A stretch of 64,000 nt of DNA. Origin: Veleropilina oligotropha. Its lineage: Eukaryota. The DNA lies in assembly GCA_048128005.1 (NCBI GenBank), contig JBEUKZ010000036.1, forward strand, positions 310,001 through 374,000, given 5' to 3'. Numbering within the stretch: position 1 is the first letter of the stretch; the number at the start of each line of letters is the position of its first letter. Below, one piece after another: positions 1-13,971 of the stretch. The notes beneath the pieces are model-generated. The model was not told the DNA's origin and ran no database searches. It saw nothing but the letters and a program-made list of their open reading frames with translations. The position numbers and the translations under genes are program-made.

Positions 1-3000
1 TATAGCTTTTCCGGCATCGTCGTCGTCGTCGGCGTCGGCGTCGTCAACAATTGTTAAGATTTGTGTTTAACTCTGTTTCTGACAAAGTGTAAGTGCTAGG
101 TCCATCATATTTGCACAGCATCTGTATTACAGTGTACCCATTACATATGGATGCTGTCCTCGTGATCTTTACCTATTTTTTACGTGCAAATGTCTTTGGT
201 ATTTTTCACCATTTTCAATGTTAAGTTTACCGTTTAGCTCATTTTCTGGAATACTACAAATCCTATGATCACCAAAATTGGACAACATCTTTGTTATAGA
301 CTGCCCATTAAATATAGGTGCTGATATTGCGACCTTGACCTACGTTTTTACGTGCAAATGACTTCGGTATTTTTCACCATTTTCAACGTTAAGTTTAGCG
401 TTTAGCTCAGTTTCTGGAATACTAAAAGTCCTATGATCACCAAAATTGGACAACAACTTTGTAATAGAGTGCCCATTACATATCGGTGCTGCAAGCGCGA
501 CCTTGACCTACGTTTTACGTGCAAATGACTTCGGTATTTTTCAACGTTAAGTTTTGCGTTTAGGTCAGTTTTTGGAATACTACAAGTCCTATGATCACCA
601 AACTTGGACAACACTTTCTGTCTGCCACCAGAAAGAAGCTTCAAAGCCAAGCCTTTTAATATCTTTTTATTGTCCCGCCTGCGGAGCAGAAGCGGGACAT
701 AGGTATAGCTTTTCCGGCGTCAGCGTCAACAATTGTTACGATTTGTGTTTAGCTCTATTTCTGACAAAGTGTAAATGCTAAGTTCATCATATTTGTACAG
801 CATCTTTATTACAGTGTACCCATTACATATGGATGCTGCCCTCATGACCTTGATCTACTTTGTACGCGCAAATGACTTCGGTATTTTTCACCATTTTCAA
901 CGTTAAGTTTAGCGTTTAACTCAGTTTCTGGAATACTACAAGTCCTATGATCACCAAAATTGGACAACATCATTGTTATAGAGTGCCCATTAAACATCGG
1001 TGCTGCTCTTGTGATCTTGACCTACGTTTTATGTGCACATGCCTTCGGTATTTCCCATCATTTTCAATGTTAAGTTTAGCGTTTAGCTCAGTTTCTGGAA
1101 TACTACAAATCCTATCTTCACCAAAATTGGACAACAACTTTGTTATAGATTGCCCATTACATATCGATGCTGCCATCGTGACCTTGACCTACGTTTTACG
1201 CACAAATAACATCGGTATATCGGGATATTGTTGTTGCTCTGTGCGTCCGTCTGTCCGTCAACAAATGGTTTCGTTATTTTTCAACATTAAGGTTTGCGTT
1301 TTGCTCAGTGTCTGGAATACTACAAGTCCTATGATCGCCAACTTGGACAACAGTATCTGTCTGCCGCCTGAAGGAAGCGGGATATTGTTGTTGCTCTGTC
1401 CGTCCATTTGTCGGTAAACATATCAGTGCTGCCCTCGCGACATTGACCTACTTTTATGCGCAAATGTCTTCTGTATTATTGTCCCGCCTGCTGGGCAGAA
1501 GCGGGACATAGGTATAGCTTTTCTGGCGTCGTCGGCGTCGTCAACAATTGTTAAGATTTGTGTTTAGCTCTGTTTCTGACAAAGTGTAAGTGCTAGGTTC
1601 ATCATATTTGGACAGCATCTTTATTACAGTGTACCCATTACATATGGTTGCTGTCCTCGTGATCTTTACCTATTTTTTACGTGCAAATGTCTTTGGTATT
1701 TTTCACCATTTTCAATGTTAAGTTTACCGTTTAGCTCATTTTCTGGAATACTACAAGTCCCATGATCACCAAAATTGGACAATATCTTTGTTATAGACTG
1801 CCCATTAAAAATAGGTGCTGATATTGCGACCTTGACCTACGTTTTTACGCGCACATGACTTCGGTATTTTCCACCAATTTCCACGTTAAGTTTAGAGTTT
1901 AGCTCAGTGTCCGGAATATGAAAAGTCCTATGATCACCAAACTTGGACAACACTTTCTGTCCATCGGCTGAAAAAGCTGGGATAATTGTTGTTGCTCTGT
2001 CCGTCCGTCCGTTTATCCATAAACAATTTGGTTAAATTTTGGTATTGATTGTATTTATGCTTGTATAATTATTAAGAAATTTGGGGCATATGTAATTATA
2101 TATCCTTTGATGTGGGTTATATGTACCTTACCTCATACTCATAGCGATATTGAATAAAATTTAATATAATTATTGCATAAAAATAGGTGTTTTTGGACAT
2201 AGAAATTGTTGATTCCTTTTGTTTATTTAATTATGTAAGTATTATGTGTGTAGGTGAAAAGGACATGTGCTTATCTGTAAGACTTGCTCACTGCCAATAG
2301 GCACAGTAAGCTGTTAAGCTTAATGGTCACTCTGTGGAGCTGGGATTCTCAAAATCAGATGCATTTTGAAAACTGGCTTCCCCATTGGTTTATTCCATGG
2401 GTATCTTGAGATGGCGGTATATTTGGCCATTACAAGAACAGACTGTATCCAGTGTCTAATATCACAGACTCCTCATCTGGTCAAGGTTCAAATCATTGTA
2501 TCCTCAGTCAATAATCTGGGATACTATGAATTAGTCATTATATCGCTGCTGCAAATATTTTTAATATTGAGTACATGTATACACACGTAATATGATAATA
2601 AGATTTTGTTTTCTGGCGTCGGCGGCGTCAACAATTGTTAAGATTTGTGTTTAGCTCTGTTTCTGACAAAGTGTAAGTGCCTAAGGTTCATCATATTTGG
2701 ACAGCATCTTTATTACAGTGTAACTATTACATACGGATGCTGCCCTCGTGAACTTGACCTACTTTTTACGTGCAAATGACTTTGGTATTTTTCACGATAT
2801 TCATTTTACAGATGATATCTCTTTCCTGCACCATCAGTTCACACCTTCAAACTTCATGTATGAAAATCTTATGAGCTATTTAGGGAGGTGCATACATGTT
2901 ATTCTATTAGGATTGTCTCCTATTATTAACTATATTAGGATCAGCAATGGATGTTAGGTAGTACTTTTTAGTCATTGATTTACAAATGGAAAAAGTGTCC

Positions 3001-3058
3001 TTTTCAGGGTTAAAGCGGGGATAGGCGGGACATATACAATTCCGCGGAATTTCTTGTT
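1..3058 (+). mobile_element. Cluster of Helentron-type non-autonomous elements (HINE/DINE-1/pearl-like) with ~160-bp internal tandem repeats; 5' part runs off the window
   Basis: Heads TTGTCCCGCC..GCGGGACATA (5' inverted repeat) at ~665 and ~1478, each followed by (CGT)n/GGCGTC microsatellite. Diverged ~160-bp units repeat inside. The 3' end at ~3024-3058 has GGCGGGACATA (complement of the 5' IR), the palindrome AATTCCGCGGAATT and CTTGTTT. Confidence 0.75.
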
Positions 3059-3209
3059 TAATAAATCCATGCTGCTTGACTCAAAATTTCCATTTAAAAT
3101 TATTCACGCAGCTTGTTTCTGCAACCGGTCAAGGCGAGACAGCTCTTTGGCAGAACAATTTCCCCAGACTGTACTGCAATAATCCATGAGGGGAAGTATG
3201 TAGCTGTTG

Positions 3210-3478
3210 AATTCTCTTAACCACATATTTATATATATTATATAATATTATGTATTATGAAAACACAAAACACAATAGAGAAATAATTATTATATTATGA
3301 AGTTTTTTGGCAGAATAATAACAATACATAAGATATTTCACAATACAATAATCATTTCAATTATATTTTAACTATACATTATATAAATACATTATCATTG
3401 ACACTTATCACTATATAAATACATTATCATTGACACTTATCTAACCAATATACAGTATCTAGATATAAATACAGCACC
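3210..3478. repeat. Split direct repeat B2 (matches 3764-4032)
   Basis: Apparently identical 269-bp copies on direct comparison. Confidence 0.95.
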
Positions 3479-3545
3479 TGTGACGTTCACAAAAGCCAAA
3501 TATTAACCGCAATGTTTAACCATAAATATGGGTGGGTGGGTGCGG

Positions 3546-3763
3546 TAGCTAAAAATGTTTCACCCTGCCGATCGCCACCAAGAGACAAAGTGAGGTGACG
3601 AGCAATTTCGCGCCAATATTGATAGAGAGACAAAGGATAGGACGAGCCAATGAAAACTCGATTATATTAATAGAAGAATATCACACCTTCAAGTCGGACT
3701 GAACTATCTTATGCGTTAGCGAATTAACAATTTTTATCTAGCAAAAGCATACAAAAATTCACC
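3546..3763. repeat. Split direct repeat A2 (matches 6922-7139)
   Basis: Apparently identical 218-bp copies on direct comparison. Confidence 0.95.
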
Positions 3764-4307
3764 AATTCTCTTAACCACATATTTATATATATTATATAAT
3801 ATTATGTATTATGAAAACACAAAACACAATAGAGAAATAATTATTATATTATGAAGTTTTTTGGCAGAATAATAACAATACATAAGATATTTCACAATAC
3901 AATAATCATTTCAATTATATTTTAACTATACATTATATAAATACATTATCATTGACACTTATCACTATATAAATACATTATCATTGACACTTATCTAACC
4001 AATATACAGTATCTAGATATAAATACAGCACCAAGCCTATGGCCACCATAAAAGGTGACAGTGAACATACCTTTGTAATGTAGTATACTTATCAACCAGC
4101 TTCCTGAGAACTAATAAGGGTTCTCAGGTAAAAGGGTTTTAGAAGCGGTGATCTAGCCTCAGGCTTTACTGATCAGCGTCATCTGAAAGATAAAAAATAT
4201 CTACGGCAAGGAAATGTTCAACTAAATGATCAATGTAAATGTTCAATGTAAATGATTTACATTGAGGGTGCGTATAAGTATCTGACATCTTAATGGTAAT
4301 TGATCAC

Positions 4308-5470
4308 CAAATATTGGAAAATACAAATAAAGAATCGGACACCATTAATTCCTTCCAGTTACTAATTTTTGCGATGTCTTTAAATTTAGAGGCATAAGTG
4401 GGATTGATGGACCATCTAGAGAGTAAGTCATCCATTCTATTATCGTTAGAAGTGAGATGCTTCTTAATTACGTCTAAGCCAATCTTCCACTAGTAGTGAA
4501 ATTTCTTCTACCCTGTCTGTAGTGACGGAAAGAGTACCACTAACAGTATCAAACTGAACTCCTAAAAAGGAAATGCAAGACGATGGTGATATAGCCTTAT
4601 CCTGAGCTTCTTCCAATCCGCATTCTTTCAAAACGACCTAGAGTGTTAAATGCATTGACAGCATTATAAGCCTCTTCACAACCGGCCAAATCATCCAAAT
4701 AGTTTACTATTTGTGTGTTGTAGTGATATCCTCAAATAAACTTTACTGCGTTCGTTACTCTTTGACAAATATAAGCCGCTGACCTTAAACCCATGGACAA
4801 TACTCTGTCAAAAAATAAACGATTTTTCCATGAAAATCCGACTAAATTCCAGTCGCCTGGGTAAATAGGAATTTGGCGATAAGCACGTCTTAAATCCCGC
4901 TTAAAACATAAACAACCGGGACCACGATCACGAACTAGATCAACCAGGGCATCAACAGATGGATAAGTTACCTTTATTGCTTGTCCTAAATATTGATCTT
5001 TTAAAATACCATTATTAATTGAGTTTGAACCGTAACTAAGATCTAAAATGACTCGCCGATTTTCACTGTTACTTTTAGGAACAGTGTTCAGTGGAGAAAT
5101 TACAATAGGTGAATCAAATGGGTTTCTTTAGAATGGTCCAAGAATACTTCCATATTTACGTTCTATATTAAGAAAATGTTCAATGTGTTCCGCAAATTGA
5201 GTGGCCCCAGAAAGATTAATTTCAACAGTATTTTCAGTATAATTTCCTTCGAAACTGATAGGAAAACCAAATTCTAAAAATTTTATAATTCCGTAATCCT
5301 CATAATCTGTCAGCATTTCTTTAAAGAAAGGAATATTAAGTTTAGAATATATTGGTAATTGGCAACCAACTGCATTTGGTTGCTTTGTTTTCGCTACCTT
5401 ATTATGTATAGAAATAAGATTGTGACAGTTCTGTACAATATTACCATTATTACCAATAATACATGCTCTT
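4308..5470 (-). pseudogene. pol: Disrupted RT/RNase H (pol) of the Ngaro-like element
   Basis: Manual translation gives FLEFGFPI, SPLNTVPK, RRVILDLS, KRDLRRAYRQIP, LSMGLRSA, YLDD (4690-4701), FLGVQFDT, and the RNase H tail NRMDDLLSRW. There are in-frame stops (~5128, ~4733), a frameshift (~4630) and loss of most of RNase H. Confidence 0.88.
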
Positions 5471-5481
5471 TCTGATTCTAG

Positions 5482-6864
5482 TCAGTGTTCATAATAAGGA
5501 CAAACTGTGTCTGATTCTGGATGAGGGAGCTGTTTATTGTCGTTTTTTAGACAAGTAGCACAAATGTGTTGCACGTGTCTACTGACACCTTGGATGGTCT
5601 TACTGTGTGCTTCTCTAAAGCTACATCTTTTCCTTTGAAAATCTGAGCAAAACCATGCTGATGGATATTTGGGCACATTCAAATGACTTGTTGAACCTTT
5701 TACTTGCTGAATTTTCCTCACATGACCAGATAACAAAGGGGTTTGTATTTCGATGGGGTCATCACCCCAATCATTTTGCCCAGATTCGATTCTTCGAATC
5801 CAGGCAGCATAGTATTGTAATAAAGCTTTCCATTCATACAGTTCGTAGTAGTACGAGATTTGTTTTAGAAGTACGGTTCTGCCAAGCTTTTCAACATCAT
5901 TTTTGCACACTGAAATTATTTCCAGTTCTCCTGCAACAAACTGATTAAATTTTAAGTCTCCAAATTTTATCTTTTTATTTGCAAACTCCAGTTGTAGTTT
6001 GGACTGGGGACAGTCTTGGGGGAATTTTAATTCTTGGTTTGAGGTAACTTCCAAACCAGACTTTCTATTTGACTTTGATTTACTTTTACTACTACCGGCT
6101 TTGGCATGTCTGTCTAAGCTTGACAAATCCGCACTACTATTACAGTCTGAGCTAGAGGACTCCCATGCTTTACTCTTTCTGTTACTACAAGACACATCGG
6201 TATCATTATCGCTAGAGCTATCACTAGAAAGACTAGATTCAAGTTGTTGTTTCATCGCTTTTGATCTTTTTCTAATTGATTTTTTTACTTTAGGTTTCGA
6301 ATGACATTTTTGTGCGTTATTCAATTCCGAATCGGACTCTGAACTGGATAGGAATATTTGCAGTGGTTTTAACTGCTTATTTACCGCCTTCAACAGTTTC
6401 TTATTCGATCTTAACTCGTTTAGATCGACTTTACCTAATGTTGACTTATCTTTCTTCTGTCCCTTTCCTTTCTGACCACTTCGGCCGAAGCTCTCCGTTT
6501 TGACCTTCACCTTGTCAAACTTTCTGGTGTCGATTTCGCTTAGTCGTAAAAGTTCCGCTTTTTCTTCCTCGAGTTTTTGTCGTAGACGTTTTTTCTCTAT
6601 GCTGCGTTTCGTCACGTCTTGTTGCGCTCTTACTTTCTTGATTTCATCTTGTAAGGCCTCGAGGTCACCGTCATCGGTCTCGTTATCTTCGATTCTCGTT
6701 TGGATCTCATTGACTGCTCCTTCGTTCGTCATCGCTGGTGAAGTACGTATTGTAGGATTTTCTGAATCGAACACCGTGGATATTTCGAAATCGGTTGTAT
6801 CTGTGATTCCTTCGTGTAATTTTTTATAATTTATACGCTTCTGTTGCCTCGTATCGTGGGACAT
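5482..6864 (-). CDS. gag: Gag-like protein (460 aa) of the Ngaro-like retrotransposon
   Basis: Intact ORF directly after repeat A1 and upstream of RT. It has a coiled-coil N-terminus, a Ser-rich linker, a helical core (FVAGEL..YEWKALLQYYAAW) and a C-terminal Cys/His finger (C..C..H..HICATC..H..C). Confidence 0.85.
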   Translation of the reverse strand: MSHDTRQQKRINYKKLHEGITDTTDFEISTVFDSENPTIRTSPAMTNEGAVNEIQTRIEDNETDDGDLEALQDEIKKVRAQQDVTKRSIEKKRLRQKLEEEKAELLRLSEIDTRKFDKVKVKTESFGRSGQKGKGQKKDKSTLGKVDLNELRSNKKLLKAVNKQLKPLQIFLSSSESDSELNNAQKCHSKPKVKKSIRKRSKAMKQQLESSLSSDSSSDNDTDVSCSNRKSKAWESSSSDCNSSADLSSLDRHAKAGSSKSKSKSNRKSGLEVTSNQELKFPQDCPQSKLQLEFANKKIKFGDLKFNQFVAGELEIISVCKNDVEKLGRTVLLKQISYYYELYEWKALLQYYAAWIRRIESGQNDWGDDPIEIQTPLLSGHVRKIQQVKGSTSHLNVPKYPSAWFCSDFQRKRCSFREAHSKTIQGVSRHVQHICATCLKNDNKQLPHPESDTVCPYYEH

Positions 6865-7360
6865 TTTCTCGATCGAATCGCCATGATAGTTAAAAACACG
6901 AGTTAAAAATCATAAAATCACTAGCTAAAAATGTTTCACCCTGCCGATCGCCACCAAGAGACAAAGTGAGGTGACGAGCAATTTCGCGCCAATATTGATA
7001 GAGAGACAAAGGATAGGACGAGCCAATGAAAACTCGATTATATTAATAGAAGAATATCACACCTTCAAGTCGGACTGAACTATCTTATGCGTTAGCGAAT
7101 TAACAATTTTTATCTAGCAAAAGCATACAAAAATTCACCTAAAATAATTTTCAATGGGAAAAGGGTAAATACATTTTTATTCTGCGTAACAATGCAATTC
7201 TTGATGATATTGATGAACAAATATGGTTGATGTGACTGTTCCAATGTAGATTTTTGTCAATATACACCATTAGAAGCTTTTCACTTGAAGAGCAAGTAAT
7301 GTTACTTATAGATAAAGATCCTGTTTTATTTAACCTTTGCCTGCTTCCAATTAGCATAGA

Positions 7361-9090
7361 TTTTTATGCCCCCGTCCGACTTTAGTCGATCTAGGGGGCA
7401 TCATGCTTTTGGTATGTCCGTCCGTCCGTCCGTGACACATTAGATCTCATGGATCTTTATCCATGTTACTGAGAGGCCACTACCCCCAAACTTGACATAT
7501 TAACAGATATAGTTTGAATATTGATTGAATATTTTAATTTTTTCAATGTTATGGTCTCTGAAGTATAAATTACATATAAGAAAGTCACCTATTATTTTTG
7601 CTGATAACAAGTAACCACCGCTGTCAACTTTCTTACACTAACAGATATAAGTTTGAACTATCATGAGTTCGAATATTGAATTTTATTTATTTCATGTTTT
7701 ATTGGGGTTTTGGACTTAGCCTATGGAGCACAATTTATATACAATAAAGTCACCTATTATTTTTATGCCCCCGTCCGACTTTAGTCGGTCTAGGGGGCAT
7801 CATGCTTTTCATATGTCCGTCCGTCTGTCCGTCCGTGACACATTAGATCTCATGGATCTTTATCCATGTTACTGAGAGGCCACTTCCCCCAAACTTGACA
7901 TATTAACAGATATACGATTAAACTATCATGAGTTTGAATATTGATTGAATATTTTAATTTTTTCAATGTTTTGGTCTCTGAAGTATAAATTACATATAAG
8001 AAAGTCACCTATTATTTTGCTGATAACAAGTAACCACCGCTGTCAACTTTCTTACACTAACAGATATAAGTTTGAACTATCATGAGTTCGAATATTGAAT
8101 GAAAATTTTATTTATTTCATGTTTTATTGGGGTTTTGGACTTAGCCTATGGAGCACAATTTATATACAATAAAGTCACCAATTATTTTTGATGTTGATCT
8201 CAAACCACTTCCTTCAGCTTTTGTATACTAACAGATATAAGTTTGATCTATCATGAGTTCAAATATTGAACGAATGTTTTAATTATTTGCGTGTTTTATT
8301 GGGTTTTTGGACATAACCTATGGAGCACAATTTATATACAAGAAAGTTACCTATTATTTTTGCTGTTTATCTCAAACCACTTCCTTCACCTTTTGTATAC
8401 TAACAGATATAAGTTTGATCTATCATGAGTTCAAATATTGAACGAATGTTTTAAATTATTTCCATGTTTTATTGGGTTTTTGTACATAGCCTATGGAGCA
8501 CAATTTATATACAAGAAATTCACCTATTATTTTTGCTGTTGATCTCAAACCACTTCCTTCAGATTTTGTATACTAACAGATATAAGTTTGATCACGAGTT
8601 CAAATATTGAACGAATTTTTTAATTACGTATTTCCATGTTTTATTGGGTTTTTGGACATAGCCGATGGAGCACAATTTATTTCCAAGAAAGTCACCTATT
8701 ATTTTTGCTGTTGATCTCAAACCACTTCCTTCAGCTTTTGTATTCTAACAGATATAAGTTTGATCTATCATGAGTTCAAATATTGAACGAATGTTTTTAT
8801 TATTTCTATGTTTTATTGGGTTTTTGGACATAGCCTATGGAGCACAATTTATATACAAGAAAGTCACCTATTATATTTGCTGTTGATCTTAAACCACTTC
8901 CTTCAGCATTTGTTTACTAACATATATAAGTTTGAACTGTCATGAGTTCGAATATTGAACAATTTTTTAAATTTATTGCTTATACATTAATAAGTACAGT
9001 TACATTTCTCCCTATTAGTCATGTAGACAACCAAAATTCATATCACTTGGCAAGCTTATACCATGTTCCGGGGAACATATATTTCTAGTT
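7361..9090 (+). mobile_element. HINE-like element with ~180-bp internal tandem repeats, inserted in the LINE RT region
   Basis: Head TTTTTATGCCCCC..GGGGGCAT + (GTCC)n, repeated at ~7760; ~180-bp units; 3' end CCGGGG..CTAGTT in a T-run with no TSD. Confidence 0.75.
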
Positions 9091-9715
9091 TTTTTTTATT
9101 ATTAACTACCATTCCATTGAACTTACACCATGTATTTACATTTTCTAAATCCATTTGTAATTTACGTTCAATGTCATTTTTATCAGGACCTGATGATTGA
9201 AGGGTTGTGTCATCTGCATACTGTTCTTTTTTGCAGAAATTTATATTTAATGACATGTCATTTATAAATATAAGGAACAAGATTGGTCCAAGTATTGAAC
9301 CTTGTGGAACTCCACATGTTAATGGAATGAAAGAAGATCGTGCACCACCAATACATACTTTTTGTTCCCTATTGCATAAATAGGAATGAAATAAATTAAT
9401 TGCTGGAACATTAAATTTATAAAAAGGCAGTTTCTTTAAAAGTAAATCATGATCAACTAAGTCTAAAGCTTTTGAAAGATCTTCTACCAGTAAGGTTCCC
9501 GTTAAGTTACCTTTGTCAATTTCTGATAGCCATTCATCTGTGAGTTTGTTGTTTCACATGAGTGTTTCTGTCGGAATCCTGATTGATTAATTTGTAGAAG
9601 AGAATTTTCATTTAAGAACTGTTGTAGTTGTTTGGCAATATGTCGTTCAATAATTTTTGATATTGTAGGCAAGATCGATACTGGCCTGTAGTTTTCAGCT
9701 TTGGTTTTATTATCC
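9091..9715 (-). pseudogene. LINE ORF2 reverse transcriptase core (disrupted)
   Basis: NYRPVSILPTISKIIE, QSGFRQKHSCET, GVPQGSILGPILFLIFINDM, YADDTT; contains frameshifts. Confidence 0.92.
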
Positions 9716-10364
9716 TTTTTGGCTCGCATGCAACGCAGATGCGAGCCTATGTAATGATGAGGTACGTCCGTCCGTCCGTCCGGCCGTCCGTCCGTCCGGC
9801 CGTCTGTCCGGCCGTCCGCAGTGAATGTTAAAGTTTTTCAATTATGCTATATAGGCAATCCTGTGCTCTCTTTATCATAATTGTATTGTAGATATGTCTA
9901 TTCCCATGTTGCAGAACACTACACTATTAATATTGAATGTAATTTAAATACAATTTTCCTTCAAAATGCTGCTTTTGGACTTAAGACATTTTAAATGTTC
10001 AAGTTTTTCAATAATACTATATATAGGCAAACATGTGCACTCTTTATCATCGTATTATTTGACATAATGTCTACTGCAATATTGCCCTACACTATGACAG
10101 TAATATGGAATGTAATTTAAATTAAATTTTACTTCAAAAGTGATACTTCTGGACATAGAAATTATTTTGTTTAAGTTTTTCAATGATGCTATATAATACC
10201 TGACATTGAAACTTTTTAGCATCATTGAACATTAGATATGTTTATTTCAATATCCCATGCCACCAGAGCAGTATTATGTAAGGTAAATTAAATCTAATTT
10301 ATCTCAAAAATAGAAATTATTTGAGATTTTAACTTGGGAAATTTTATAAAGTTAAATGTTGAAG

Positions 10365-11784
10365 TTTTTAGCTCCGCTATGACGCCAGTCAGCGGAGCTT
10401 TTCTAATACCGAGTTGTCCGGCGTCCGTCCGTCGTCCGACGTCCGTCGTCCGTCCGGCGTCTCCATTTGACTTCAAATGCATATATCTCAAAAACTGTCT
10501 GATAACTTTTTTTCTAATTTGGTATGAGTCTTCCTTATGATGTTCAGCATGTACTCAGGAAAAATTAAAAAATTCTACGTCTCGGTTTTCCTGATATTCA
10601 TGTTTGTTTGTCTGTTTGTTGTCAATTTGTCAGATTTCAGTCAATATCTGAAAAACTGTCTGATAACTTTTTTTCTAATTTGGCATGAGCCTTCCTTATT
10701 ATGTTCTGAATATACTGTGTGAACATTAAAAATTTCTACGTCTCGGTTGTCCCGATATTCACGTTTGTTCGTCTGTTTTTGAGGCCATTTTTCAGATTTC
10801 AGTCAATATCTCAAAAACTGTTTGATAACTTTTTTTCTAATTTGGTATGAGTCTTCCTTATGATGTTCAGCATGTACTCAGGAAAAATTAAAAAATTCTA
10901 CGTCTCGATTTTCCTGATATTCATGTTTGTTTGTCTGTTTGTTGTCAATTTGTCAGATTTCAGTCAATATCTGAAAAACTGTCTGATAACTTTTTTTCTA
11001 ATTTGGCATGAGCCTTCCTTATTATGTTCTGAATATACTGTGTGAAAATTAAAAATTTCTACGTCTCGGTTGTCCCGATATTCACGTTTGTTCGTCTGTT
11101 TTTGAGGCCATTTTTCAGATTTCAGTCAATATCTCAAAAACTGTTTGATAACATTTTTTCTAATTTGACATGAGCCTTCCTTATGATGTTCTGAATGTAC
11201 TGTGCGAAAAAAAAAAATCCACATCTCGGTCTTATCGATATTCATGTTTGTTTTCAATATTTCAGATTTCAATCAATTTCTTAAAATCTGTCTAATAACT
11301 TCTTGTCTAATTTGGCATGGGCCTTTCTAATGATGATTTGATTGTACTCGCCTCCCCCCCCCAAAAAAAAAATTCTACTGCTCGGTTATCCTGATATTCT
11401 CGTTTCTTTAGATTTCAGCCAATTCCTCAATAACTATTTGATAACTTTGTTTCTAATTTGACATGAGCCTTCCTTATGATGTTCTGAATACACTCTATGA
11501 AAATTAGAAAATTTTACGTCTCTGTTGCCCTGATATTCACGTTTGTTTGTTGTCAATACTTTAGATTTCAATCAATTTCGTAAAATCTGTCATAACTTTT
11601 TGTCTAATTTAGCATGGCCCTTCCTTTTGTTCTCTGCAGAAATTTGTAAATTCTATATCTTGGTTATTCTAATATTCTCGTTTGTTGTCAATTTTTCAGA
11701 TTTATTGACAATAGTGAAGTAATCAAGTTTAAATAAATACGGGCCTTTAGCGGAGCTCTCTAGGCCGATAGGCCTCTTGTTTTT
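10365..11784 (+). mobile_element. Complete HINE-like element with ~160-bp internal repeats (323-bp dimer)
   Basis: 5' TTTTTAGCTCCGCT..AGCGGAGCT and a GTCC/CGT microsatellite; tandem units; 3' AGCGGAGCT, palindrome AGGCC..GGCCT, then CTTGTTTTT. Confidence 0.82.
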
Positions 11785-11956
11785 ATCAATGTTACACTCT
11801 CTTCATGCTTTCTATGTATGACTTGCATGCAAAGCAGATGCAGGCCTATGTAATGATGATGTCCGTCCGTCTGTCTGTCTGGCTCTCCGCTGTGAATGTT
11901 AAAGTTTTTCAATCATGCTATATAGGCAACCATGTGCTCTCTTTTTATTATAGATA

Positions 11957-13566
<1,610 letters not shown>

Positions 13567-13971
13567 TATGTCTATTACCATGTTGCACAACACTATAACA
13601 GTAATATTGAATGTAATTGAAATAAAATTTTACTTCAAATTGCTGCTTTTGGACTTAGAAATATTGAATGTTAAAGTTTTAAATAATGCTTTTCAATATA
13701 GGCAAATATACATGTGCACTCTTTATCATCATTTTTATTCTTCTCCAATGCTACACGACACTATAACACTAATATTGAATGTAATTTAAATCTAATTATA
13801 CTTCAAAATGCTAGTTCTGAATTTAAAAAATATTTTGTTAAAGTTTTGGTCAAACTTTTCCGTTGAATTTGATTAACATAATAGTATGTGTGCTTATGTA
13901 CATAGTGCATGGCATGTGGTATACTGTAACTTGTCAAATAAAATTTTAACACAGTCATGTCTACGTCGCAA

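Larger units (their letters stand above)
3210..7139 (-). mobile_element. Ngaro/PAT-like (YR-class) retrotransposon with split direct repeats A1-gag-pol-B1-A2-B2; non-autonomous
   Basis: A repeats of 218 bp at 6922-7139 and 3546-3763; B repeats of 269 bp at 3764-4032 and 3210-3478; B1 abuts A2. There is no TSD, and removing 3210-7139 restores the LINE frame KLF-Y-NSYILP. DIRS/Ngaro-type RT motifs lie inside. Confidence 0.92.

Noticed and set aside
402..1417. Short ORFs in HINE repeats (also 10294-11045, 14298-15652, 34487-35092, 56437-57084, 61628-62454)
   Set aside because: They are chance ORFs within non-coding tandem units.
2254..2530. Non-repetitive, exon-like stretch after TGTGTAG
   Set aside because: All plausible frames have stops at about random frequency and no recognisable motif.
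5655..6829. Plus-strand ORFs overlapping gag; likewise antisense ORFs over Tc1 and the DIRS gag
   Set aside because: They are shadow ORFs of real coding frames.
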